Shown: positions 8,815 through 16,483 of the stretch, piece by piece
How the letters are laid out: each line of letters starts with the position of its first letter
How positions within the stretch are numbered: the first letter of the stretch is position 1
Assembly (NCBI GenBank): GCA_947628075.1
Contig: CANQYF010000002.1
Location: forward strand, 1 to 43,541
DNA length: 43,541 nt
DNA from: an uncultured Bacilli bacterium
Lineage (GTDB): Bacteria > Bacillota_I > Bacilli_A > RF39 > UBA660
Direction: 5' to 3'
Notes under the pieces: generated by a model
The model's input: the letters and a program-made list of their open reading frames with translations, nothing else
Told to the model about the DNA's origin: nothing
Database searches by the model: none
Translations under genes and position numbers: made by a program

Positions 8815-10440
8815 TTATTGATTATCTAATTCACTTGGTAATAATACATTTCCAGTTCGACCGGCCTCTTTCAATCTTGCTTCAATCCAACTTCTATTTT
8901 CTTCGTCTTTTACTATGATTGTTATGCCATTTTTAACGTTTGAAAACATTCCACCATAAGATGTTACTTGGCTAAATTCGGCATTCCTCAAATCTAAATA
9001 TTCTAATGAACTCATTCCACAAAACATATTCGCCATAATGGTTACTTTTCTAGTATCAAAACTGGATAAGTCCAATTCTTTTATTTGACTAAGATCTCTA
9101 AACATGCTGTTCATGTTTGTAACATTACCAGTGTAAAAGCTACTTACATCTAATTCTGTAAGTGAACTCATGCCGTGAAACATACTACCCATTATTGTTA
9201 CTTTCATCGTATTAAAATTTGACACATCTAATTTGGTTACTCTACTTAAACCAGAAAACATACCATACGCAGTTGTTACTTTCTTGGTATTAAAATTCGA
9301 TACATCAAATTCGCTACCTCTAATACCAAGTCCAAATTCACTAAAATTATCTATAGTCGCGGTGTCTAATTTACTAACATCTAATTTGTCCAAACTTGCC
9401 GAGCCAACAAAACATCGCCATACATTACTATTTAAATCACTATAAAAATTGCCAAATACAATATTTTCTAAATTGGATAGCCAAGAAAAAAAATAGCTAA
9501 TATTTAATGAATATATTCTATCTTTGCTTCCTATATATAAATCATAATATTGTTCTTCTTCATCTGTCTCTTTTGAAATTTCTTCTAACCAACCTATAAT
9601 GCTTCCTGCTGGCGATTGATTTTTACCAGTTCCAACGTTTGTTAAATCCCAAGTTTTAATCACTGATTCGGTATTTATATAATCAACAAAATAAATATTT
9701 TTAATATATTGTGCCCATTCTTCACTTCTAAAAGCACCGTATTGATTATTATATCCAGTACTAACTAAATAAACTGCTCTTTCACCAGTTAATTCACATT
9801 TTAAATCTGTAGTATCTATATCTATATTGATATCTTTTCCTGATATATAACTTTGGTCTGTTTCTTTATTTGTTAACTCTATATATGTTTCTATACTTTT
9901 ACTATTATTTCCTACTATATCTAAACTGATTGGTATTGTTGTTTTGCCATTTGTGTTTTGAAGTGTTGATAAATCAATAACTTTGTGATTTGTTCCCCAT
10001 CTTAGGAATACTTTTAAATCGTCTTGCTCTAATACTGGTAATATACTATTAACTCCATTATCAACAGTAATTGTAACATTCGCTGTACATCTATAAATAT
10101 TATCGTCTTTTTTTGAGTTAGTTAGTGTAATTACTCCTATATCATGAAATCCTTCACTTTTGGTTTTAACATAATTATCTTCGTCGTCAGCATAGATTGT
10201 TCCTAAATTATCTAAGCTCATAGCAGAACCATCAACATTTAAATTTAATTTAGTAGTTGGATTTTGAATACTGGCAATAGCTACTCCCTCTGTACTTCCT
10301 GTTACTACTGTTTTATTATAATTATTTGAGTTTACTTCCACAGCAAAATAAGCATATGATGCCCCAACAAGTAATATTAACAAGAATAATATTCCTATTA
10401 TTAATTTTATATCGATTATTTTCTTCTTTTCTCTTGCCAT
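8815..10440 (-). CDS. BspA-family leucine-rich-repeat surface protein (DUF285 / 26-residue surface repeat type)
   Basis: The 541 aa ORF has an N-terminal TM/signal segment. The C-terminal half carries about 25-26 residue repeats of the form LDVSNFNTxKVTxMxxMFxGxSxLxxLD, at least five copies by eye. Confidence 0.8.
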   Translation of the reverse strand: MAREKKKIIDIKLIIGILFLLILLVGASYAYFAVEVNSNNYNKTVVTGSTEGVAIASIQNPTTKLNLNVDGSAMSLDNLGTIYADDEDNYVKTKSEGFHDIGVITLTNSKKDDNIYRCTANVTITVDNGVNSILPVLEQDDLKVFLRWGTNHKVIDLSTLQNTNGKTTIPISLDIVGNNSKSIETYIELTNKETDQSYISGKDINIDIDTTDLKCELTGERAVYLVSTGYNNQYGAFRSEEWAQYIKNIYFVDYINTESVIKTWDLTNVGTGKNQSPAGSIIGWLEEISKETDEEEQYYDLYIGSKDRIYSLNISYFFSWLSNLENIVFGNFYSDLNSNVWRCFVGSASLDKLDVSKLDTATIDNFSEFGLGIRGSEFDVSNFNTKKVTTAYGMFSGLSRVTKLDVSNFNTMKVTIMGSMFHGMSSLTELDVSSFYTGNVTNMNSMFRDLSQIKELDLSSFDTRKVTIMANMFCGMSSLEYLDLRNAEFSQVTSYGGMFSNVKNGITIIVKDEENRSWIEARLKEAGRTGNVLLPSELDNQ

Positions 10441-10482
10441 ATATTCTACACTTCTCTATTTATTATTCTTCTTATATATTTT

Positions 10483-10509
10483 ATTATACAATAACCCCCC
10501 CCTAGGCAA
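10483..10509 (-). promoter_or_regulatory. Candidate promoter of the BspA-like gene with a G8 homopolymer in the spacer
   Basis: The minus strand reads TTGCCT (10504-10509), then a, GGGGGGGG (10495-10502), ttattg, then TATAAT (10483-10488). The spacer is 15 nt. Confidence 0.45.
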
Positions 10510-10560
10510 GTGAAGATAGGCAATTTTTCACACAAGAAAAAAATTTTTTAAAAAAGAAAA

Positions 10561-10588
10561 ATGTTGAAAACCATTAAGTTCTCAACAT
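10561..10588 (-). terminator. Rho-independent terminator after prmC
   Basis: The minus strand reads ATGTTGAGAAC-ttaatg-GTTTTCAACAT, a stem with one mismatch, followed by TTTTCTTTTTT. Confidence 0.6.
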
Positions 10589-11307
10589 TAAATTTGACTA
10601 TTACTAACAAATAGATATCTTTCATAGTTATTATAGTCTTTTTCTATTTTTATATAGGAATTTGGTAATATTGTTTTAATATATTCATCTAAATAAATTT
10701 CCTCTTTATCTCCTATTTCAAAGGCAATTAAGTAATTTGGTTTTAAGTTGTTTTTAACTTTATTCAAAATTATTTTATAAAAATACAAACCATTATCAGA
10801 AGCAAAAATGGCATTTTGAGGTTCATACTTGGTTTTTTCGTCTACTTCATTTCCAATTGGAACATAAGGTGGATTACTAATAATTAAATCGTATTTATTT
10901 TCACTTTTAAAATCATGAATATCTAAATGCATAAAATTAATATCTACTTTATTTAATATGGCATTATCTTTAGCTATTGTTATAGCTTTAGGATTTATGT
11001 CTATTGCATCAACATCACAATTTAAATGTTTTTTTAACGCAATAGCAATACAACCACTGCCAGTACCTATTTCTAATATTTTAGGATTATTTATATTAAT
11101 TTTTTTTAAATATTTTATTGTTTTTTCCACTAAATACTCAGTTTCAAATCTTGGAATCAACACATTTTCATTAACCTTAATAAGAGAGTTATAAAATTCC
11201 ACATTGCCAATTATATATTGAACTGGATAGCCACTTTTTAACTTTTGGAGTGCTTCTTCATAATTATCATTAGGAACATATTTTTTTATTAATTCTTCAT
11301 CGCTCAT
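10588..11307 (-). CDS. prmC: Release-factor glutamine N5-methyltransferase (HemK/PrmC), short form
   Basis: It has the SAM motif LEIGTGSGCIAI and the NPPY motif (IISNPPYVP), and lies downstream of prfA. Confidence 0.88.
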   Translation of the reverse strand: MSDEELIKKYVPNDNYEEALQKLKSGYPVQYIIGNVEFYNSLIKVNENVLIPRFETEYLVEKTIKYLKKININNPKILEIGTGSGCIAIALKKHLNCDVDAIDINPKAITIAKDNAILNKVDINFMHLDIHDFKSENKYDLIISNPPYVPIGNEVDEKTKYEPQNAIFASDNGLYFYKIILNKVKNNLKPNYLIAFEIGDKEEIYLDEYIKTILPNSYIKIEKDYNNYERYLFVSNSQI

Positions 11308-11551
11308 GTTTTCTATTCTCTAAAATTAATCTACATAATTCTCCTTTTTCAAAAGGATTCTCCATATTTTCTATTAGAAATGCCGATACATCTTTTATTT
11401 CATATTGTTTCGTTACTTCCCTACATTTATAACAATATAAATCTTTAATATGCCCAACTGGTTTTTCTGTTCCAAATCTTCTTTGAATAGTTGTTACATT
11501 TCCACATTTAGGACAAACCAAATCTGTTCTAACGAATCTCAAGATTATCAC
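11297..11551 (-). CDS. Small CxxC...CxxC zinc-ribbon protein (L33-like spacing) with a C-terminal extension
   Basis: The 84-codon ORF starts at GTG 11551 or, better, at TTG 11542, which is preceded by AGGTGA. The sequence CPKCG-x22-CYKC is present. The ORF overlaps the prfA stop and the prmC start. Confidence 0.5.
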   Translation of the reverse strand: MIILRFVRTDLVCPKCGNVTTIQRRFGTEKPVGHIKDLYCYKCREVTKQYEIKDVSAFLIENMENPFEKGELCRLILENRKHER

Positions 11552-12599
11552 CTGCTAACTTTAAACGCATATCTTCTGTAATTAAAGCTTCAATTATGGG
11601 AGATAGATGTCCATCCATTACTTTGTCTAATTCCATTATAGAAAAATTAATTCGATGATCTGTTACTCTATTTTGAGGATAATTATAAGTTCTTATTTTT
11701 TCAGAACGATCTCCCGTTCCTATTTTAGTTTTTCTTTCTACCCCTAATTCTTGTTCTTGTTTTTGTTTCATAGCATCATGTAATTTAATTCTAAGTAATC
11801 GCATGGCATTTTCTTTATTTTTAAGTTGACTTCTTTCGGTTTGACAAGACACCACTACACCAGTAGGAACATGAGTAATACGAACTGCTGAATTAGATGT
11901 ATTTACTGATTGGCCTCCCGCTCCACTAGAATGAAAAACATCAATCTTTAAATCACTTTCTTTAATATCTATATCTACATCTTCTACTTCTGGCATAACT
12001 AAAACAGTAGCAGTTGAGGTATGAACTCTACCTTGAGTTTCCGTTGCGGGAATTCTTTGAACACGATGAGATCCACTTTCATATTTTAATTTAGAATAAA
12101 CATTATCCCCTTTAACCATATATTCAATTTGTGCATATCCACCAGATGTTCCCTCAATTGAATTTAAAACTTCGATTTTCCAGCCATTTTCAATGGCATA
12201 ATAAGAATACATTCTAAATAAATCCCCAGCAAAAATATTAGCTTCGTCTCCTCCGGCTGCTCCTCGTATTTCCATTATAACGTTTTTGCCATCGTTTTCA
12301 TCTTTGGGAACTAAAAGTTGTTTTAATGTGCTTTCTAAATCTTCAATTTTATTAGTTAAATTTTCAACTTCTTGCATAGCCATTTCCTTAAATTCAGGAT
12401 CGTTAACTAAGCTTTCAGCTTCTTCTTTAGCATTTTTTGCTTCTTTATATTCATTATATTTATTTACTATTTCTTCTAAATCACTATGTTCTTTTGAAAG
12501 TTTTTTTAATTTATTATAATCATTTAATACTTCTGGTTTTTGTAATTCAATTTTTAATTCTTCATATTTTTTTTGAATATTTTCTAATCTTTCAATCAT
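11529..12599 (-). CDS. prfA: Peptide chain release factor 1
   Basis: The 356 aa ORF has the PAT tripeptide (RIPATETQGR) and the GGQ motif (SGAGGQSVNT). Confidence 0.97.
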   Translation of the reverse strand: MIERLENIQKKYEELKIELQKPEVLNDYNKLKKLSKEHSDLEEIVNKYNEYKEAKNAKEEAESLVNDPEFKEMAMQEVENLTNKIEDLESTLKQLLVPKDENDGKNVIMEIRGAAGGDEANIFAGDLFRMYSYYAIENGWKIEVLNSIEGTSGGYAQIEYMVKGDNVYSKLKYESGSHRVQRIPATETQGRVHTSTATVLVMPEVEDVDIDIKESDLKIDVFHSSGAGGQSVNTSNSAVRITHVPTGVVVSCQTERSQLKNKENAMRLLRIKLHDAMKQKQEQELGVERKTKIGTGDRSEKIRTYNYPQNRVTDHRINFSIMELDKVMDGHLSPIIEALITEDMRLKLAGDNLEIR

Positions 12600-12658
12600 A
12601 ATATCACCCGTTTTCTCCCTAAGATTATACCATTTTACCTATTACTATGCAATAAAAG

Positions 12659-13531
12659 TTACTTTTTTGGAACTATATGAATATTACAATGTTTAATAAA
12701 TGCAAATTGTTTTTCTAAATTATCATGAATATATAAAACTACTTCATTAGCATCATCTAACTTCATATTGCCATCAATAGCAAGTTCCGTATCAATATAT
12801 ACTTTACTACCGAACATTCTTGTTTTAAATTCATTAATTACGACATTTTTATTTAAACTTTTAATAAAATCCTTAATTTTTTCATTAACTTCTTCATCAC
12901 AAGATTTATCAACCATTTGATTAATAGATGTCGCAAATATATCTAAAGCTGATTTAACAATTAAAATAGCAATAAGAATACTACATAATGGATCTAAAAC
13001 AGTTAAGCCTAATCTAGCTCCTAAAATACCAATAAAAGATCCAATGGAAGAAAATGCATCACTACGATGATGCCAAGCATCAGCTTTCATAGATGGCGAA
13101 TTTAACTTCTTAGCGGCCCACATAGTATAATGATACATTCCTTCTTTAATAATTATAGATATTACCGCCGCTACTAAGGCAAATCTACCTGGTATTTTTA
13201 AAAGAGTACTACTCATTATATTATTAATGCCTATATAACCTATCCCAATACCTGTTAAAAATAACATAAAGGAAAGGATAACAGCCATAACTGATTCTAT
13301 ACGTTCATGACCATATGGATGCGATTCATCTGCATCTTTAGAAGCATAAAATAAACCAAATATTACCGCAAAAGTACTTACAACATCTGATAAAGAATGA
13401 AATGCATCAGATATAATGGCATGCGAATGAGCAATAATACCGGCAATTAATTTAAAAGCAAATAAAAAGAAATTAATTAACACAGTAATTATTGACACTT
13501 TAATTCCCAAATTATTTAAATTCTTTTTCAT
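12659..13531 (-). CDS. Cation diffusion facilitator (CDF) family metal efflux transporter
   Basis: The probable start is ATG 13531 (MKKNLNNLGIK...). It has six TM segments, the metal-site motifs HAIISDAFHSLSD and HHRSDAFSS, and a C-terminal cytoplasmic domain. Confidence 0.85.
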   Translation of the reverse strand: MKKNLNNLGIKVSIITVLINFFLFAFKLIAGIIAHSHAIISDAFHSLSDVVSTFAVIFGLFYASKDADESHPYGHERIESVMAVILSFMLFLTGIGIGYIGINNIMSSTLLKIPGRFALVAAVISIIIKEGMYHYTMWAAKKLNSPSMKADAWHHRSDAFSSIGSFIGILGARLGLTVLDPLCSILIAILIVKSALDIFATSINQMVDKSCDEEVNEKIKDFIKSLNKNVVINEFKTRMFGSKVYIDTELAIDGNMKLDDANEVVLYIHDNLEKQFAFIKHCNIHIVPKK

Positions 13532-13608
13532 ATCACATCTTTCTTTCTGTCTAAAAAAGTGAAACATATTGTCTCACATTTATTTTTTTTTAATTATATT
13601 TTTTTTGA

Positions 13609-14043
13609 TTATTCGGCACTAATTTCATCTTCATCAACAATAACTAAATCTTTTAAATCATCATCGTCATCGTCGTCACTATCTATATCATTATCGTAAT
13701 ATATATCTTCTTCCTCGTCGGTATCTTCAATTTCTTCTTCCTCTATTTCTTCGTTATCTAAATTTTCTTCTTCATCTTCAATAACTATATCTAAAGAATG
13801 ATTAGTAGCTAAATCCCAATAACCATTTTCCAGTAAAACAAATTTTTTATTAGTAGATAATAATTCAAAAAAGTCTCCAATTCGCTCTTCTACTGTCTCA
13901 TCAGGAAGATCTAATGCTTTACAAACCTTTTGAAATAAATCAATTATTTTCATTTTCTTGCCATTTTTTTCTAAAATTAAATAAGCAATTTCATCATAAC
14001 CCATTGTTTCTAATTCTTCTTTTGGTATATCTTTTAAATTCAT
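13609..14043 (-). CDS. rpoE: RNA polymerase delta subunit
   Basis: The N-terminal HARE-HTH-like domain reads EELETMGYDEIAYLILEKNGKKMKIIDLF...FVLLENGYWDL. A long D/E tail follows. SD GAGGAG is present. Confidence 0.85.
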   Translation of the reverse strand: MNLKDIPKEELETMGYDEIAYLILEKNGKKMKIIDLFQKVCKALDLPDETVEERIGDFFELLSTNKKFVLLENGYWDLATNHSLDIVIEDEEENLDNEEIEEEEIEDTDEEEDIYYDNDIDSDDDDDDDLKDLVIVDEDEISAE

Positions 14044-14093
14044 AATTAATCTCCTCGTTCTTTCTCATTATATGCAACAATATTATAATATTA

Positions 14094-14429
14094 CTATAAT
14101 AAATGCACTACTATCTTTTTTTCTTCGTTATCCAATTTATATTTTAATATAATATTATGGTCTTTTTGAATATTACAATCGATTTTATCATTAATTGTTA
14201 AATTATCTTTTTTTAGTACATATTTAAATGTTTGCCTTTTAAAATCTATTTCAAAATAGAAGTCTTTATTCTCTCTTACATAAGTATCTTTTTCTAAATC
14301 AATGATGTTTAAAGATTCTTGATCATCATATTTTAATAATTTATCTTTTATATATTCGCATTTAACATTTTTATTATTAATTGTTATTTTATTATTAGTA
14401 AGTAAAGTCCAATTTACTAATTTTTTAAT
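14094..14429 (-). CDS. Hypothetical 111-codon protein with a probable ATT start (absent from the ORF track)
   Basis: My reverse translation reads IKKLVNWTLLTNNKITINNKNVKCEYIKDKLLKYDDQESLNIIDLEKDTYVRENKDFYFEIDFKRQTFKYVLKKDNLTINDKIDCNIQKDHNIILKYKLDNEEKKIVVHLL*. The frame is bounded upstream by TAA. AAAAGAGGTGAT SD lies 7 nt before ATT (14427-14429). A promoter is upstream and rpoE is downstream. Confidence 0.55.
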   Translation of the reverse strand: MKKLVNWTLLTNNKITINNKNVKCEYIKDKLLKYDDQESLNIIDLEKDTYVRENKDFYFEIDFKRQTFKYVLKKDNLTINDKIDCNIQKDHNIILKYKLDNEEKKIVVHLL

Positions 14430-14453
14430 ATAATCACCTCTTTTGTCTTAAAA

Positions 14454-14482
14454 ACTATAACATAACATATATATAAATTCAA
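14454..14482 (-). promoter_or_regulatory. Promoter for the ATT-start ORF and rpoE
   Basis: The minus strand reads TTGAAT (14477-14482), 17 nt, TATAGT (14454-14459), with a TG at the extended -10 position. Confidence 0.55.
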
Positions 14483-14525
14483 CATAATTTTTTGGTTTTT
14501 TTACATAATAATTTTAGGTGGATTT

Positions 14526-16469
14526 ATGAAATTAGTAAAAACATTAATTAAATTAGGTTTTTTTGGCATAATTTCCTTTATCATTTGCTATATTGGAATT
14601 AATATTTATGCCCTTATTACTCCTAAATTAAATATAACAAATAATGGAACTTATTATCTTTTTGATAATCAAGATAATTTAGTCTATCAAGGTAGCAGCA
14701 CTTCTTCTTGGGTTAATATTGAAGATATAGCTCCCAATTTAAAAAATGCCGTTATAGCCATTGAAGATCGTAAATTTTATAATCATCATGGATTTGATAT
14801 TCCAAGAATAGCGAAAGCCATGCTTAAAAATATTGAAAATGGCAGAATAGTTCAAGGGGCATCTACAATAACCCAACAATTAGTCAAAAATTTATATTTA
14901 GATTTTGATAAAACTTGGAAACGAAAAATTGAAGAAGCTTTTTTAACCATTATTGCGGAAATTCAATATGATAAAGAAGAAATACTCGAAGCCTATTTAA
15001 ATACTATTAATTATGGTAATGGGAACTATGGGGTTAGTAATGCTAGTTATTATTATTTTAATAAAGATGTAAAAGATTTGAGTTTAGAAGAAGCAATTAT
15101 GCTTGCGGGAATTCCCAAAAGTCCTAATAAATTTAATCCTGTTTCAAACAAAGAAGAAGCAATTAAAAGGTCTAAAATAGTAGCTAAAGCTCTATATGAA
15201 AATAAATATATAACAGAAGAAGAATATAATAATTTAGATTTTGAAAATTTAGCTATTTATGGAAAAAATAACGAAAATAATTTACAAATGCTTATGTATT
15301 ATCAAGATGCAGTGTATAAAGAATTAGAAACTTTAGGTATTAGTAAAAGTCTTTTAGAATCTGGGGGACTTAAAATATATACAAATTTGGATATTAAAAA
15401 ACAGACAAGTTTAGAAAAAAATATTTTAAAAAATTTTGATGGCGAAAGAGAATTACAAGTAGCAAGTATTATAGTAGACCCAGATAGTGGTAAAATTGAG
15501 GCTTTAACTGGGGGACTTGATTATGGGTTAAGCCAGTATAATCGCGCAACTGAGTCAAAAAGACAAGTTGGTTCGACTATGAAACCATTTCTTTATTATG
15601 GAGCTTTAGAAAATAATTTAGTATCATCATCAAAATTTAAAAGTGAATATACAACTTTTAATATTAATAACTTACAAACCTACGCACCAACTAATTTTAA
15701 TGATAAATATGCTAACAAAGAAATTACCATGGCAGCAGCAATTGCGTTTTCCGATAATATTTATGCCGTTAAAACAAATCTATTCTTAGGTACAAATATT
15801 TTAGTAGATACCGCTAAAAGAGCAGGAATAAATGAAGACTTAGAGCCTAATCCATCTTTAGCTTTAGGTACTGGAGAAATTAATATAATCGATTACGCTA
15901 CTGGCTATGCCACCTTAGCAAGTGGGGGATATAAAAAAGATTTATATCTTATCAGAAAAATTGAAGATGCCGATGGAAACGTTATTTTTGTCAAAAAAGA
16001 AAAAAAGAGTTTAGTTTTAAACCCTAACTATGTCTATATTTTAAATGAATTATTATCAAATACTACATCTTCTGCTTTTAGAGATTATACTACTTCAACA
16101 GCTAGAGTAATTGCTGGAAAATTAAGTCGTAAATATGCAATTAAAACCGGAACTACTTCCACTGATTATTGGACAGTTGGCTATAATAAAGATGATTTAA
16201 TGTTAGTCTGGATTGGTTATGATGACAACCGTGAATTTACCCAAAGTTATAGTTATATTCCTAAAAATATTTGGGCAGACACCATGGAAGAAATAGAAAG
16301 CGGTATGGAAAATAATTGGTATGAGACACCTAATAATGTAGTTGGTATTATCTTAGATGCTGTAACTGGGGAGCCAACTAATGATGCCAGCAGAGCCATT
16401 GTTTATTACTATTTAAAAGGTAGTGAGCCTAATATTAAAAGCGAATATTTTTATAAAAAAGAAGAATAA
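14526..16469 (+). CDS. Class A penicillin-binding protein (glycosyltransferase + transpeptidase)
   Basis: The 647 aa ORF has an N-terminal TM segment, the GT51 motif EDRKFYNHHGFD, and the transpeptidase motifs STMK, SDN and KTGTT. Confidence 0.92.
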   Translation: MKLVKTLIKLGFFGIISFIICYIGINIYALITPKLNITNNGTYYLFDNQDNLVYQGSSTSSWVNIEDIAPNLKNAVIAIEDRKFYNHHGFDIPRIAKAMLKNIENGRIVQGASTITQQLVKNLYLDFDKTWKRKIEEAFLTIIAEIQYDKEEILEAYLNTINYGNGNYGVSNASYYYFNKDVKDLSLEEAIMLAGIPKSPNKFNPVSNKEEAIKRSKIVAKALYENKYITEEEYNNLDFENLAIYGKNNENNLQMLMYYQDAVYKELETLGISKSLLESGGLKIYTNLDIKKQTSLEKNILKNFDGERELQVASIIVDPDSGKIEALTGGLDYGLSQYNRATESKRQVGSTMKPFLYYGALENNLVSSSKFKSEYTTFNINNLQTYAPTNFNDKYANKEITMAAAIAFSDNIYAVKTNLFLGTNILVDTAKRAGINEDLEPNPSLALGTGEINIIDYATGYATLASGGYKKDLYLIRKIEDADGNVIFVKKEKKSLVLNPNYVYILNELLSNTTSSAFRDYTTSTARVIAGKLSRKYAIKTGTTSTDYWTVGYNKDDLMLVWIGYDDNREFTQSYSYIPKNIWADTMEEIESGMENNWYETPNNVVGIILDAVTGEPTNDASRAIVYYYLKGSEPNIKSEYFYKKEE

Positions 16470-16483
16470 ATTTATTCTTCTTT
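16458..16483. repeat. Perfect 26-bp palindrome spanning both convergent stop codons (probable bidirectional terminator)
   Basis: AAAGAAGAATAAA|TTTATTCTTCTTT. Both the PBP and the ParB-like protein therefore end in ...KEE*. Confidence 0.8.

Noticed and set aside
10562-10570. A TGTTGAAAA 9-mer identical to the variant DnaA box, far from oriC.
   Set aside because: It is a single copy that forms one arm of the prmC terminator hairpin. This is most simply a chance occurrence in AT-rich DNA.
13609-13760. A highly acidic, repetitive D/E tract at the 3' end of rpoE, considered as a possible low-complexity artefact or repeat expansion.
   Set aside because: An acidic C-terminal tail is a normal, defining feature of RNA polymerase delta subunits.
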